DNA of 64,000 nucleotides from Zancudomyces culisetae HAW-14-8 (GCA_052426225.1 JBNJNM010000011.1:4650001-4714000); one strand, 5' to 3'. Shown: positions 12,735 through 24,120, numbered from the stretch's first letter. Notes: generated from the sequence alone by a model not told the origin. Numbers and translations are program-made.

Positions 12735-15158
12735 TTTTTTTAATTTATTTATTCTTTCTTTTCGTCTACTCTTGGCTGAAATACTATGGAATATTTCCTT
12801 TTTGTTTATATCCTTAAAAAAATTATCCTTTTACCACCACTAAAATTTGCGTTTGATGATTTCCTTTATTTTTTTTATTTTATTCTGCTTAATCTATTTT
12901 ATGGTGTGTCACAGCTTATCGCCCTCTCTCTATTTTTTCATATATCCTTTGTAATTATTTTAATAGAGTCTATGAGACATTCATATCATCCTAAAAATAA
13001 AAAGAACAGTGAGAGAAAAAGTATATATGTATTTAGCACAAGATACACAGAAATGTTCAAAATCGTATTTGAGAGTATCTTTTTTTTAGCCTTTTAGCTT
13101 TTGCAACTCCCTTAGCCCCAATTTTAATTTATAAAGTCTAGCTTTTCTGATTAACGTATGAGGAATTAAAATTTTATGTAAGGTTTTACACTTAAATATG
13201 CAACTATGTCAAACCTTGGTTTACCATCCCGCTATTTTCACACTTCAACTTCTTAAACCTGGGGGGGGAGGAGGAGAGATTTTGTACTGCAAAAAAAATT
13301 TTTTGTTTAACTTTGGTGGAAAGGCTAACTTTTTAATGAAAATAATGGAGCAAACCAATTTACAATTTCCCAATACTTTAATTCGATTATGACCATCCAT
13401 GGTTTTACTTTGATTAAATTTATATAAAATTCTGCAAAATTTTGGTAATCTGGTTTGATTTTGTGTTATTATTTTTTGAACGGTTGCAGTTTACACATTT
13501 CTGTAACTACAAATGCAAAGATTATGTAATACTTACCTGAAATTCCACTTTAATTCAAGTACACTACAAAATGTTCATTATCTCCTGAGTAAACCACATA
13601 GGTATTGACCGGGTTTTCTAATTGTTTTTGTAAGTTACGCTTTTAGGTTTGTTTTTCCGTACTCCCACCTCTTCTAGGTTGGACCCACAGCCGAAAGACA
13701 ATTACAAATAGGATATACCAGTTTTTTAAAGTATGCTATGTTTTATATTTAGTAATAGGAATATCCTCGGCGTTTATTAATCTAGGTATATATCAGAATA
13801 TAGCCCAGAACCAACATAATTTTGCCTCTTGCAATTTTCCTTTGTCACTTCCCGTTTTATTTTTGTATGTTTTTATACATTCAAGAATTTATCCTAAATT
13901 GTTTGATGCGCAAATATACTGCTTCTTTAGTACTTGACTGGATTGTAAATATCAGCAAGGTATATTTGTTTTTTTTTTTCATGATCGCTTATCTTTTTTG
14001 CTTGGTAGGGATTTAAGTCATCAATGATATTTTATGATTGGTAGCTCTTGCGCAATACTTTAATATATATTATATTAATCAATTTAGACAAAAAATTGGT
14101 TCTTCAATAGCTGCCATATTCACTTTTGACTTTTATTTGCTGAACATTTATTCTGGATTAACTAGAGAACTAGATTTGAGGGCTATGTTTGTAAAATATA
14201 AACTGTTTTATATAACTATCATCTGTATATTAGTATAACAAGTATGGATCGTGGCTTTTGTGGTGAGTATATTATATATACTACGCTGTATATGTTTACC
14301 CTCTTTTCTCTCTCCATACTGCAGATAATAAAATCACCACCTTCAGTCTAATATCTTTGCTATAATCGTACTGGTGTTTATTCAGAATGTTCTTCTACAA
14401 ATATCCTTTTTTTTTCTCACTTGGGGTACCGTTCCAATTAAATGTATGCATTAAAATAGCTTTTTTTCAACAAATACAGGTAATGATGATTCAGCTCTCT
14501 AAATCCCACGAACTATACATTGTCACATTTCATTAAAACCGCTTTTTTTGCTGTTTAAATGTACCTACTCTATTCATGAATTGTAGTACTGGTATTTACA
14601 TCACTAATTTAAAGTCTAAACACTGTCCTTAGCGACCCTATAAGTCATATATATTTAAAAACGCAAAATAGACTGAAAATCCGGTTATAAATATAATATC
14701 CTCCGGGTTTAGTTTTCTAACGATAACATACTCAGAGCAAAAGCGGAAACAAAAATACTAGATTAGCACACTGTTTTCTTTTCGGTTTTGGGGATGTTTG
14801 ATATAACAGCCTGGTAGTTATTAGTAAATCAATCCTTATTGGAAGGCATTTAAATCGATGACTAAAAACACTAAAACTGGTTATTTTGCCTGGATTTTAG
14901 AATTTGCTTTAGGTCATCTCTAATAATTGAAATGAAAATAATGAAATACCCGATCTTTATCCTTGTTATACTTTAATATATATTGGTTAGTTCTAGGCGA
15001 TATGGGGTAGTGTGTAACATAAAAAAAGTGTTGGTTAAATTGGATTTTCCTGCTTGATGCTATATAATTAGCAAACTATTTTTCTCTCGGATTAAATAGA
15101 ACATAAAGATTGGAAAGTAGCTTTTTTCTTTTTTATGCTCACGACAACAATAAGTATC

Positions 15159-15490
15159 TTGTGTACCCACCTATACACAAAAAAGGTACACTGCAACTCG
15201 AGCACTCAGTTCGGCTCGGAGATGAAAGCACAATAGGCGCTTTTCTGATATAGCTACAGCTAAGGAACCAATGGTACTAGAATTAGTTAATTGAGGGCCG
15301 CATCATTGGTACGCCTAGTTCGCCCGGGCTTCTCAGAGGAGCTCTTGTATGGCTCTGTCTTTTAATGCAAAAAAAAATGGAGGTCTATATATTCAAGCTA
15401 CGAGTTACTGCCTTTGAAGTCAACCCTTGCGTGTGGTTGTAAGGCGCATATATTATCACAACCTCAAGATAGTGTCTAATTACACTTTTT
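15159..15490 (+). ncRNA. Candidate structured non-coding RNA (family unassigned)
   Basis: GC-enriched intergenic island with nested helices found by eye (see findings), ending in a T5 tract. Confidence 0.35.
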
Positions 15491-15722
15491 CACGATAATT
15501 TGCAATTTTTTATGACCTATGAGTGGGTGGTATTATGTGATTACACATAGCGGAGCATTACGTGCCTCCCAATAAATTGGCTTTTTAGATATTTAATTTG
15601 TTATTGTCTAGTGAAGTTCTGATTATTTACGTTTATAGAGTAAAGTATTAAACGGGATATCACACCTTTATGACCTAAACGGAAGGGTATACAAAAAAAG
15701 GCATAGATTAAAGGGAAGAAGA

Positions 15723-16908
15723 ATGGATTTGCAAGAATTGTTTTATAGGTACGATAGTAGTGATGAGAGCTCCAGTGAAAGCGAATGTAAAAGCGCGAAT
15801 GAGGACAAATTCAACACCGCGAATGGAGATCTGATTAAAAACTCGAAATATGTTTTGGTGTTGAACAAACGAATTCCAGAACAGAAACTATTTGAAAGGC
15901 TAATATTCTGCATAGATGTTGATCCATTTAATATGCAATTAAAATCTGATCTCGATTTAAATCCAGCCACTTGGAGTTTATATGGTGCACTCTTCGGCCC
16001 ACAAGTTCCTTTGGTACGCTAGCCCTCCATTCGTTTATTAATAACAATATTTTACAATTCCACTATCATAATCTTCTTGCCAAAATACCCACATGCAATG
16101 AACTGAAATCTGTAGATAATCTGGATATTTGAATAATACCACTTACTTATTTTAAGACATCTAAAGAGTACTAAAAAGAAACTGATATCCAAATAGTCGC
16201 GACGGAAATTGAGCTCTTGCTATACAGACCCGAGCCCATACTATACAAAGATTTTTACAAACAATGATTCGTATAGTCATGCCTTAGTAGTTTTAAATTC
16301 TGACATGGACTATGCCCTGCATTCACAATGGATTAAAGCAATATTTGTCAAAGTCAAGGCCAATTCGTATGTAACTTTTGATAAAATTCCTTTTCCTTAA
16401 TCGAACCACTGCAAAACATTGTATTCTATGTATAAATCTTACCAAAGCTGATACATACCATTATGTTAGAGTCGAAGTCCTGGACTATAGCTTAGCAAAA
16501 CCAGCCAAGTCGAGTTCTCAAGTGAGTGTTTGATAATAATTTTTTTGATGTTTGGGTACATGAATGTAAAATGTATCCAAAAAAATAACATTTTTGGTTT
16601 TCGACAAAGTTCATTAGAGACCACTATTCGAAGGCTGTGGCAGAGTCAGCTATACTTTTGGGTATACCCGCGGCTATTTGTAACTATGTAAGCGTAGTGG
16701 ATATTTTATAAATAATATTCTGTTGTTTAGAAGTTTATTCTCTTAACTTTGATGAGCATTTAGAATCTGGATACAACAAAAACCTTTTTTTTTAAATTAG
16801 TGCAACATTCACGGGATCAAGACACACTACCATCATCCATCAACTATTACCAGTGCCTCTGAAATTCAATCAGGTGTAAACGGTGGAGTTGGATCAATGT
16901 ACACTTAG
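15723..16908 (+). CDS. PSMG1: Proteasome assembly chaperone 1 (PAC1/PSMG1-like), 5 exons
   Basis: Exons 15723-16013, 16197-16366, 16470-16521, 16610-16687 and 16801-16908 are in frame. Acidic N-terminus, QWIKAIF..VEVLD, LLGIPAAICNYC (cf. DLPAAVLSYC) and C-terminal HbYX motif M-Y-T-stop. Confidence 0.7.
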
Positions 16909-17461
16909 TTAGTAACGCTGCAAACGTTGTTTTCATATCCTTTTTATCACGTTTAACGCCACATCTCTTTACCATTTATTGGGACTTGTTTTTAAAAAAT
17001 GGTTGTTTATGAAAATACACAATATTGAACTAGCTTATCAAGTGTCCAGCATGATCAGGCATACAAAACGGTTGCGTTTCGCACTTTAAAACACCGGAGT
17101 TTTAATGATGCACAGCATTACGTATGTTGTATGTAGCTGTGAAAATAAACACTTTCTTCCATAAGAGAGTTTATAATAGTGTTTATGGTGTTCAGGATTT
17201 ATGGGTTTTCAGCAAGATATTGGAACTTTGCTATTCTATCTATTTACTTTATTTTTTTATACTTTTTTTCACAAGTATCTCTTACTAAACATCCAGCTTG
17301 TCCATATATGAAAATAACCAGCAAAGTAAAAGAAATAAATACCCATAACTGCTAATAAATTCTTTATCTAAAACGGTTGTCAATAAATTACATCTTTGAT
17401 TGGATATGTGGAAAACTTTGTTTTAATTTATATCCAACCTGTAACCATCTAAAGATTTTAC

Positions 17462-17645
17462 ATCTTTTTGCCTTTAATGCATCAGAATCTTTACTTTCAA
17501 GTTTTTCTTCTGTGAAAAGGCAACATTGAGGGCAGAATGATGGACAAGCTAGTTCAGGTTGGTATAGCATTATTTTTTGGGACTCGAGAAGTCCCAAGAG
17601 ATGCCGACGCTGGGCACGACAGCATCCCGGACTTCGGTCTGAATA
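17462..17645 (+). ncRNA. Candidate Sm-class snRNA-like structured RNA
   Basis: Sm-like ATTTTTTG at 17572-17579 followed by three hairpins, including CGGAC-TTCG-GTCTG; K-turn-like motif at 17508-17532. Confidence 0.4.
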
Positions 17646-19098
17646 AATGGTGTGTGTTGAATTATCAGTTTTGGTACAGTATTGTATTTTAAGCAAGCTT
17701 TGTGTGTCATAAGGATGAATGAAGAACATTAAATATGCTGTGGAGTGCGCTGTTTTTGTCTTTTTGACACCACAGGGATTCCGCGTTAGTAAGATTTTTG
17801 GTTCCCAAGAGAGCCAAGATCGTAGTATGAGATATATCGATGAAAAATAAGAACACTACACAGCACAGCAAAGGAAGGCTCAAAATTTAAACTAAAGCCT
17901 CAGATTCCTACACCAGCTCTTGGATTGTAATAAAGTTGTGGTAAATACGGTTTGTGATGCACAAAAATCAACCAATCGCTTCCTCAATAATTTCATTTAT
18001 AAATAGGATTTTTTATCTTGACCCTGCTTTGGCGAATAAGTGGGATATCCTCTTGACTGTGTGAGCGGCAAGGTGGGTAGATCATACTTTTGCTTGTAGC
18101 TGTATCTTTTTGCGCATTGCGTTGCTCATTCAAAATTAATAGTAACACAAAGCAATCAACCATCTGTTTTAAGAACTTTGATCAACATTTAGCATAAAGT
18201 AAAAGTGCGGATAGTTGACCTTCAAACCGAATATTTACAAAATTCGCTTTACAAAAATAAATGCTTAGCCCAGAAAGCAAAAAAAAAAAGTTAATTATCT
18301 TCAAAGCAAATGTCAGCCAGCCAATGGATAATGTAGTTGCATGTACGCATAAATCTATGTTTGGGATTAGCTTTTTAACTTTTTTCGAAGGAAGATGGGT
18401 GTTTTTTATTAAAACCTGTTCGTTTTCGTGATTAATGTAGGCAAGACTCCAGAAAAGCTCTGTAAAAGAAAATACGCTCTATCCAAATTCATTAAGCTGG
18501 CGGTTGTCATACATGCAAAATATCATTACTAACTCGTGTGCAGAAAAAGTTACGTTTTGTTCAAAAGACAGCGTTTTAGCACCATTTTATGCTGTGGGAA
18601 TATTGGAATATACTTGTTTAAAATAGTAAATTCAATCAGCATCTTCCTTTAAAAAAAAGTTGAAGCTAGGGTATTCAGCGAAAAAGAGGGGGAAATGCGT
18701 GAAAAACTCGCAGTAGATCCTCTAGGTGATCTGCGGGTACCTACGCTATGTTATCATAATGTATTTTACCCGGCAGAATTCTTGCCATTGTGCCTGTTCA
18801 TTCCACAAGAAAAAGTCTAGGTTTTGAGTATGTAATATATATATATATGTGTGTGTGCATTAGTCTAAAAAAAATGCTTCTAAAAGTTGATCGACACATA
18901 GAAAACTGATATACCACAATGCTACTATATAAAGGTTAGCAGAATAATATCAGGTTTATAGTTTGAATTTAATCAACAGCACGAAATTTTCTCATAAAGA
19001 TTAAAAGTGTATAAATATCACTAACGATAGCGCCGGCTTGGTAAAGTGGATTGGAATAAAGTTCTATCTAACTTGCTTTTTTTTAAAATAAAAACAAA

Positions 19099-19884
19099 AT
19101 GAAAAATAACGTGCTTAAACAAATACTACTACTATCTGTTTTTACTTTGACTGCTATTCTTAGTGATGAAATTTCAGTAGCTAACCAAGAGAACCCGCCC
19201 GCTCTTCAAGCACTCAACAATGAAGATATATACAATCAGATAGATCAACTAAATCAAATAAACCAAATAAACGAAGGAGTGACAGAAAATCTGGTATATG
19301 AAGATGTCCTAAATAAGTTAGACCAGAAACTAAATGATTTAGGACTGGGTGTTGGGCTAAAAGCAGGTCTGACTTTAAACGATGGTTCAATGAAAGACGT
19401 AGGAGAAGGAATAAGCAGATATAAACGCAGACATAGGCGTAGGAACAGTGATGATGATGATGATGATGATAATGATAGTTGTGAAGAGGACGATGACGAT
19501 TATCATCATCGTCATGGAGAAGAAGGAGAAGAAAGATGCAAAAAATCAAGGTATAGGGGTTCAAAGCCAAGGATACATGGAAACAGACACGACGACGAAT
19601 GCTGGAGAAAGTCACATAACTTCTGTAAAGATAAAAGACCAATAAGACCACCATGTGGTGGTGGTGGAAGAACAACAAGGTCATCTACAAGTACATCTGC
19701 GAGTACATATACAAGCTCATCATCCTCGTCGAGTAGCAGTAGTGTGAGTCTTGGTGTTTCGCCATTGGGTGGGATTTTAGAAACCGCATCATCAACTAGT
19801 GCTGAAAACCAATCAAGTGCACCTTCCATCACAGATTTGGCGTCATCTACCTCTACAATGACCAACACCGAATCAGCACAATGA
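19099..19884 (+). CDS. Predicted secreted low-complexity protein (signal peptide, polybasic site, poly-Asp, His/Cys-containing basic segment, Ser/Thr tail)
   Basis: Hydrophobic N-terminus MKNNVLKQILLLSVFTLTAILS, RYKRRHRRR, DDDDDDDND; A-rich ATG context; TATATAAA near 18926. Confidence 0.75.
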   Translation: MKNNVLKQILLLSVFTLTAILSDEISVANQENPPALQALNNEDIYNQIDQLNQINQINEGVTENLVYEDVLNKLDQKLNDLGLGVGLKAGLTLNDGSMKDVGEGISRYKRRHRRRNSDDDDDDDNDSCEEDDDDYHHRHGEEGEERCKKSRYRGSKPRIHGNRHDDECWRKSHNFCKDKRPIRPPCGGGGRTTRSSTSTSASTYTSSSSSSSSSSVSLGVSPLGGILETASSTSAENQSSAPSITDLASSTSTMTNTESAQ

Positions 19885-20993
19885 AAAATGAGATGAACCC
19901 CTACAGGAGCTACCAGATACTTACTACATATGCCAAATTAAGTCCTAAAAATATTTCTATGTACTTTTTTGGGTTTTGGAAGTCTGATACTCGCTCCTAT
20001 TTAAAACCACAATGGGGTTTGCCTATTGCCAGCACCCCCCCCCTCCCCACGCAATGCCGTATAAATTATATATTTATTGAAAATTTGTGTTGGTTTCGAT
20101 GTCCTTTATTATTGGAGGATCTCGTTTACCCACACGATCTTATTTATTTTATTATTTTTCTTTAGTAAAAATATGATGTAGATAGTCTGTTATTTCTCGT
20201 TTTACAAAAAATATAATTAGATCAAGTTAAACTTGAAAGTATGTATGGGTAAATAAGCCCAATAAAAGCAAATACTACTCTTAATCAATATTCTCGAGTT
20301 AATTGCGTATTTTACAATCGCAAATGAGTTTAGCGAGTATAAAGAACCGTACAGCTTAGAAGGTGTATGGAGAAAATATTTTCCTGGGAACACATGATTG
20401 AGTATATATAGTATTGACGATATTAACTAACCCTAACATTTTTCAAAAGTTTCATTACACTGTTTGAATGCTTTAGGTTTGAGATTACTGAAAATAATGT
20501 GTTTTCAAGGGAAAAAAGCCTATCAAAGAAGATTACACTCTTATTTGGAAGTTTGAGATACATTAAACTAAACCAGCTCAGTATAAATGATAAACGTTAT
20601 TTGAAAGAGCTAATGTGTAAAAGTATGCGCTATAAATGTTTATGTATTGCGCTAAACAAGTTTTTCAAGTTAATTGTGTGTATAGCTCAGCTTTTAATGG
20701 CTGAATTGAAATCAAGGTGATAGTAAAACTTTACCACTTACTACTATGTGCTTAAAGCAAATAAACAAAGCAAGGAAAGGGACACGAATATTTTGGAGAC
20801 ATGTGGCTCTAAACTAGGACAAAAAGGCTGTGGAATTTTGATATTACTAGTGTTTTAAATGCTGTTAGATGATTGGATTTTTTTTCGGAATAGTTATAGC
20901 GCGGAAAGGAACTAGAAATAAATACAATCCTATTTTTTCTTCAGATATTTAATAAAATAAAACATAAAGAGCTAATGAGAACAGGTACAAACG

Positions 20994-22203
20994 ATGAGCC
21001 GAAAGATCAAGATAATAGGTAACTATCCATCCCATCATCATTATCACAAATATATAGATTATTTTAATGGGGGAAAGCCCAGGGGGAGGGGGGGGGAGGC
21101 AATAAGAGGTGGGGTGTTTATGTTTGCGCGGCAAATAATAAACTACGGGTAAAAATATAGATATTGGAGCAAACCTTACAGACTTGATGTACAGAGGCAT
21201 ATATAATGGGAAAAAGCGCCATGTAGAAGATATTGATCAGGTTATTCAAAGAGCAAAGAGCACAGGGGTGACCGGATTGATCATAACAGGTGGTACTTTG
21301 AAGGAGAGCGAAGAAGCACTTCAGTTGGCGCAAAAGTATGATGGCGCATATTGTACAGTAGGATGTCATCCCACTAGGGTTGGAGAATTTGAAATTATGA
21401 GGGAGAAGCCAACCATGGAAGCAGTAGATAATAATCCCGATGAAGAGGTGGGGAATGAAAAAGAGAAACGAGAACAGCTTCGAGAGAATAATGCAAGAAA
21501 ATATTTGGAGGGCCTGAAAACAATAGTACAAAAGGATCTTAAAAATGAGACAGGAAAAATAGTGGCTATAGGCGAATGTGGGTTAGACTACGACCGATTA
21601 CATTTTGCTAGTAAGGAAATGCAGCGCAAGTACTTTGAAAAACAATTTGAAATTGCAGAAGAAACAAGGCTACCGATGTTTCTGCACAACCGCAACACGG
21701 AGGGAGAATTCGTGGAGATGATGCGGAAGAACCGATCGAGAATCGTGGGAGGGGTGGTGCATAGTATCACTTGCTCGATGGAAGAAATGCAGGCGTTGGT
21801 GGATCTGGATCTATACATTGGGATAAACGGATGTTCGCTAAAGACAGCCGATAATTTGCAGGTTGCAGCCAAGGTACCAATTGACCACTTGATGATAGAA
21901 ACAGACTGTCCTTACTGTGAAATCAAACGTACACATGCATCCTTTGAATATCTACGTTCATTGGATAAAGAAAAGGGCGAGAGTGCTGAGGAATTTAAAA
22001 ACAGTCTGTGGATGGCGCCGACGGGAATGGTGAGAAAAAAGGAAAAATGGGAGAGCGGATGCTTAGTTAAAGGGAGAAACGAGCCATGTACAATACGGCA
22101 AGTTTTGAGGGTTTTGGCAATAATACGGAATGAGGATGAGGAGGTTTTGGCAGACAAAATATATGAAAATACATTAAGGTTATTTACAAGAATACAGGGA
22201 TAA
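20994..22203 (+). CDS. TATDN1: TatD-family DNase (TATDN1-like), 2 exons
   Basis: Exon 20994-21018 plus 21161-22203 gives MSRKIKIIDIGANLTD; motifs TVGCHPT, IGECGLDYDR, LPMFLHNR, GVVHS, ETDCPY, GRNEP. Confidence 0.93.
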
Positions 22204-22257
22204 TGTAAACTAAAAATCTACTGGCTACTACTGACTATTTGAAAAAAATAAAAAAAT

Positions 22258-23460
22258 CTATAAAAAGAATTTGCCTTTCTTGGAAAGGGGTGAGAAGCTT
22301 AGCTGCAGTTGTCTTTTGAGCTTGTTGTTTGTAATAGATGCAGAGTTCCTTGCAGGATTTCTCAGTGCCTTTGGGCTGTTTGTAGAAGTTAATTTAAAAG
22401 GGTTTATGGAATTAGAGTTGGAATTGGAGTTCGCAGAAAGAACCTTGTTGGGACCCTGGTCACTGACATTACAGTTATCGTTGTTATTGAGCCCATATAT
22501 AGTTTTGGTTAACTTTCCAAGGGGATTAATGGTAGAAGACAAAGAAAAAGAAGCGGTATCGCTGTGTATAGATGGGTTTTGGACTTCAAAAGGACTCGGG
22601 TTGTCATTGTTATTGCTGCTGTCATCTACTTGCTGTTGAATACCCTCAACTCGCAAATTTCGTTTCTTTTCTGCCGCCAGCTTGCGTTGTAGACACTTGA
22701 CCTTATCTCTAACGAGTTCCAGATCGTTTTTGTAGTACTTATATACTTGTATTTCCTCCTCCCTTTTGTCAACCTGCTGTTTCAAATCGTTGCTTTGTGC
22801 TGTTTTGTCCGCCAAACTTTCTTGCAGTGCCCTCGATAGGGCCTTGTATTTATTCGTTTCAAGCACCAATCGGTTGTATTTCATTTTCAGCGCCTTGTAC
22901 TTGTTTGTTATAGCACTAGTCTGCAAAACCAATTTGTTTTTGGATTCCTCAACCTCCTTCACTTTTCGTTTTTCCATTTCAATTTGATTTTTCAGTTTTT
23001 CGATCGCGCTGAAATATTCGTCCAGTAGTACCTCCCTTATGCTAATCTTGTTGTTTTTCTGCTCATCCTGTTGATTATATCTCTGGTGGCCCGTTTCGCC
23101 CATCTCTTGATCACCAGCTTCTGCTTCTTGGTCCAAATATATGGTTATCGGTTTTTTTCCGTTTTGATTTTTTCGACACAGCGGACAACAGTCTTTGAGG
23201 TATAACCATTGCGAAATACATTCCTGGTGAAATACATGTCCGCATCTCAGTACTACCACAATAGGCTTTGTGCTCTTTTTCGCATATGTGTCCGCTCTCG
23301 TGCTCTCTTCACTATTCGCCTCTTGGAGGTTCCCGGGTTCATTTATCTGTATTCCATTATTTTCAGTATTTGTCTTCCTATCCTTACTTGAGTGATTGTT
23401 GTGAGATTCTGATTGTAAATAGCTTTGACAACAAATCGCACAAATCATTCCCATACGCAT
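22258..23460 (-). CDS. RING-H2 E3 ligase with coiled coil (TRAIP-like architecture)
   Basis: CAIC...(insert)...CGHVFHQECISQWL...CPLCR...IYLD, then a long heptad region and disordered tail. Confidence 0.8.
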   Translation of the reverse strand: MRMGMICAICCQSYLQSESHNNHSSKDRKTNTENNGIQINEPGNLQEANSEESTRADTYAKKSTKPIVVVLRCGHVFHQECISQWLYLKDCCPLCRKNQNGKKPITIYLDQEAEAGDQEMGETGHQRYNQQDEQKNNKISIREVLLDEYFSAIEKLKNQIEMEKRKVKEVEESKNKLVLQTSAITNKYKALKMKYNRLVLETNKYKALSRALQESLADKTAQSNDLKQQVDKREEEIQVYKYYKNDLELVRDKVKCLQRKLAAEKKRNLRVEGIQQQVDDSSNNNDNPSPFEVQNPSIHSDTASFSLSSTINPLGKLTKTIYGLNNNDNCNVSDQGPNKVLSANSNSNSNSINPFKLTSTNSPKALRNPARNSASITNNKLKRQLQLSFSPLSKKGKFFL

Positions 23461-24120
23461 TTCTTTTTTTCCCCCCTTTGGCTATTACCTCCTCGATGTT
23501 ATAAAGATTTGATTCCTTAAAATGAAGTCTATATCACAGCGTGGCATACACTTCTTTGTGAATATGTATATATATATATTTTAAAAAAGCCCTCCTTTTA
23601 TGTACAAGTCTAAATATCCTTCGCAATTTAGATTACACACGAAAATTATCTGTTTGGTATTTCTCCAATACTGTTCCTCTTATACTTCATCGAATCATTC
23701 TATTTCCCCATTTGACTGTTTATATTCCAGTACTGTCACTAATTAAACTCCAATTAAATTGGCTGCAATAAACTAGCCTTTTCAATAAAGACGCCAAACG
23801 AGTGTAGGTTTTGTTGATATTTCTACTTTCAAGTTGTGTGTACAGTTAAACACGCAAGTAAACAAAAAAAAATGGTAATCATAAACAAAAAAAAATTTCC
23901 CAGTTTACCATATTTACTTCAATCCAAAAGTAATTTTTCCACCCTTTTTACTAGTTCCGCGAGGTTCAAAGAGGGAAACCAAAATAATGAGAACAATGAG
24001 CTAAGAATTTTCACAAAAATAATATATTCTTTATTATCATTAGCTCTATAGCAACTAAGTGATAAGTACAACAAGAAGGTTAGCAAGAAAAAAAGCAGGT
24101 TTAATAACAAGGCAAGCGGG

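Noticed and set aside
13528-13540. ATACTTACCTG resembling the U1 snRNA 5' end
   Set aside because: No U1 stem-loops (GAUCACG, AUUGCAC) follow; better explained as a reverse-strand splice-donor-like sequence
15222-15249. SECIS-like ATGA...TGAT motif
   Set aside because: The helix above the core is only ~5 bp (about 11-12 needed) and there is no upstream UGA-containing gene
15181-15480. Group I intron S-element-like AAGATAGTGTC
   Set aside because: No compatible R element with P3/P8 spacing, and not inside a host gene
12805-16945. ATATCCTT motifs as U12-type intron donors
   Set aside because: Not at exon boundaries of any reconstructed gene; all introns mapped are GT-AG major type
17565-17648. 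tRNA-like cloverleaf with 7-nt CTGGGCA loop
   Set aside because: Arm lengths, D-loop GG and T-loop consensus do not fit a tRNA
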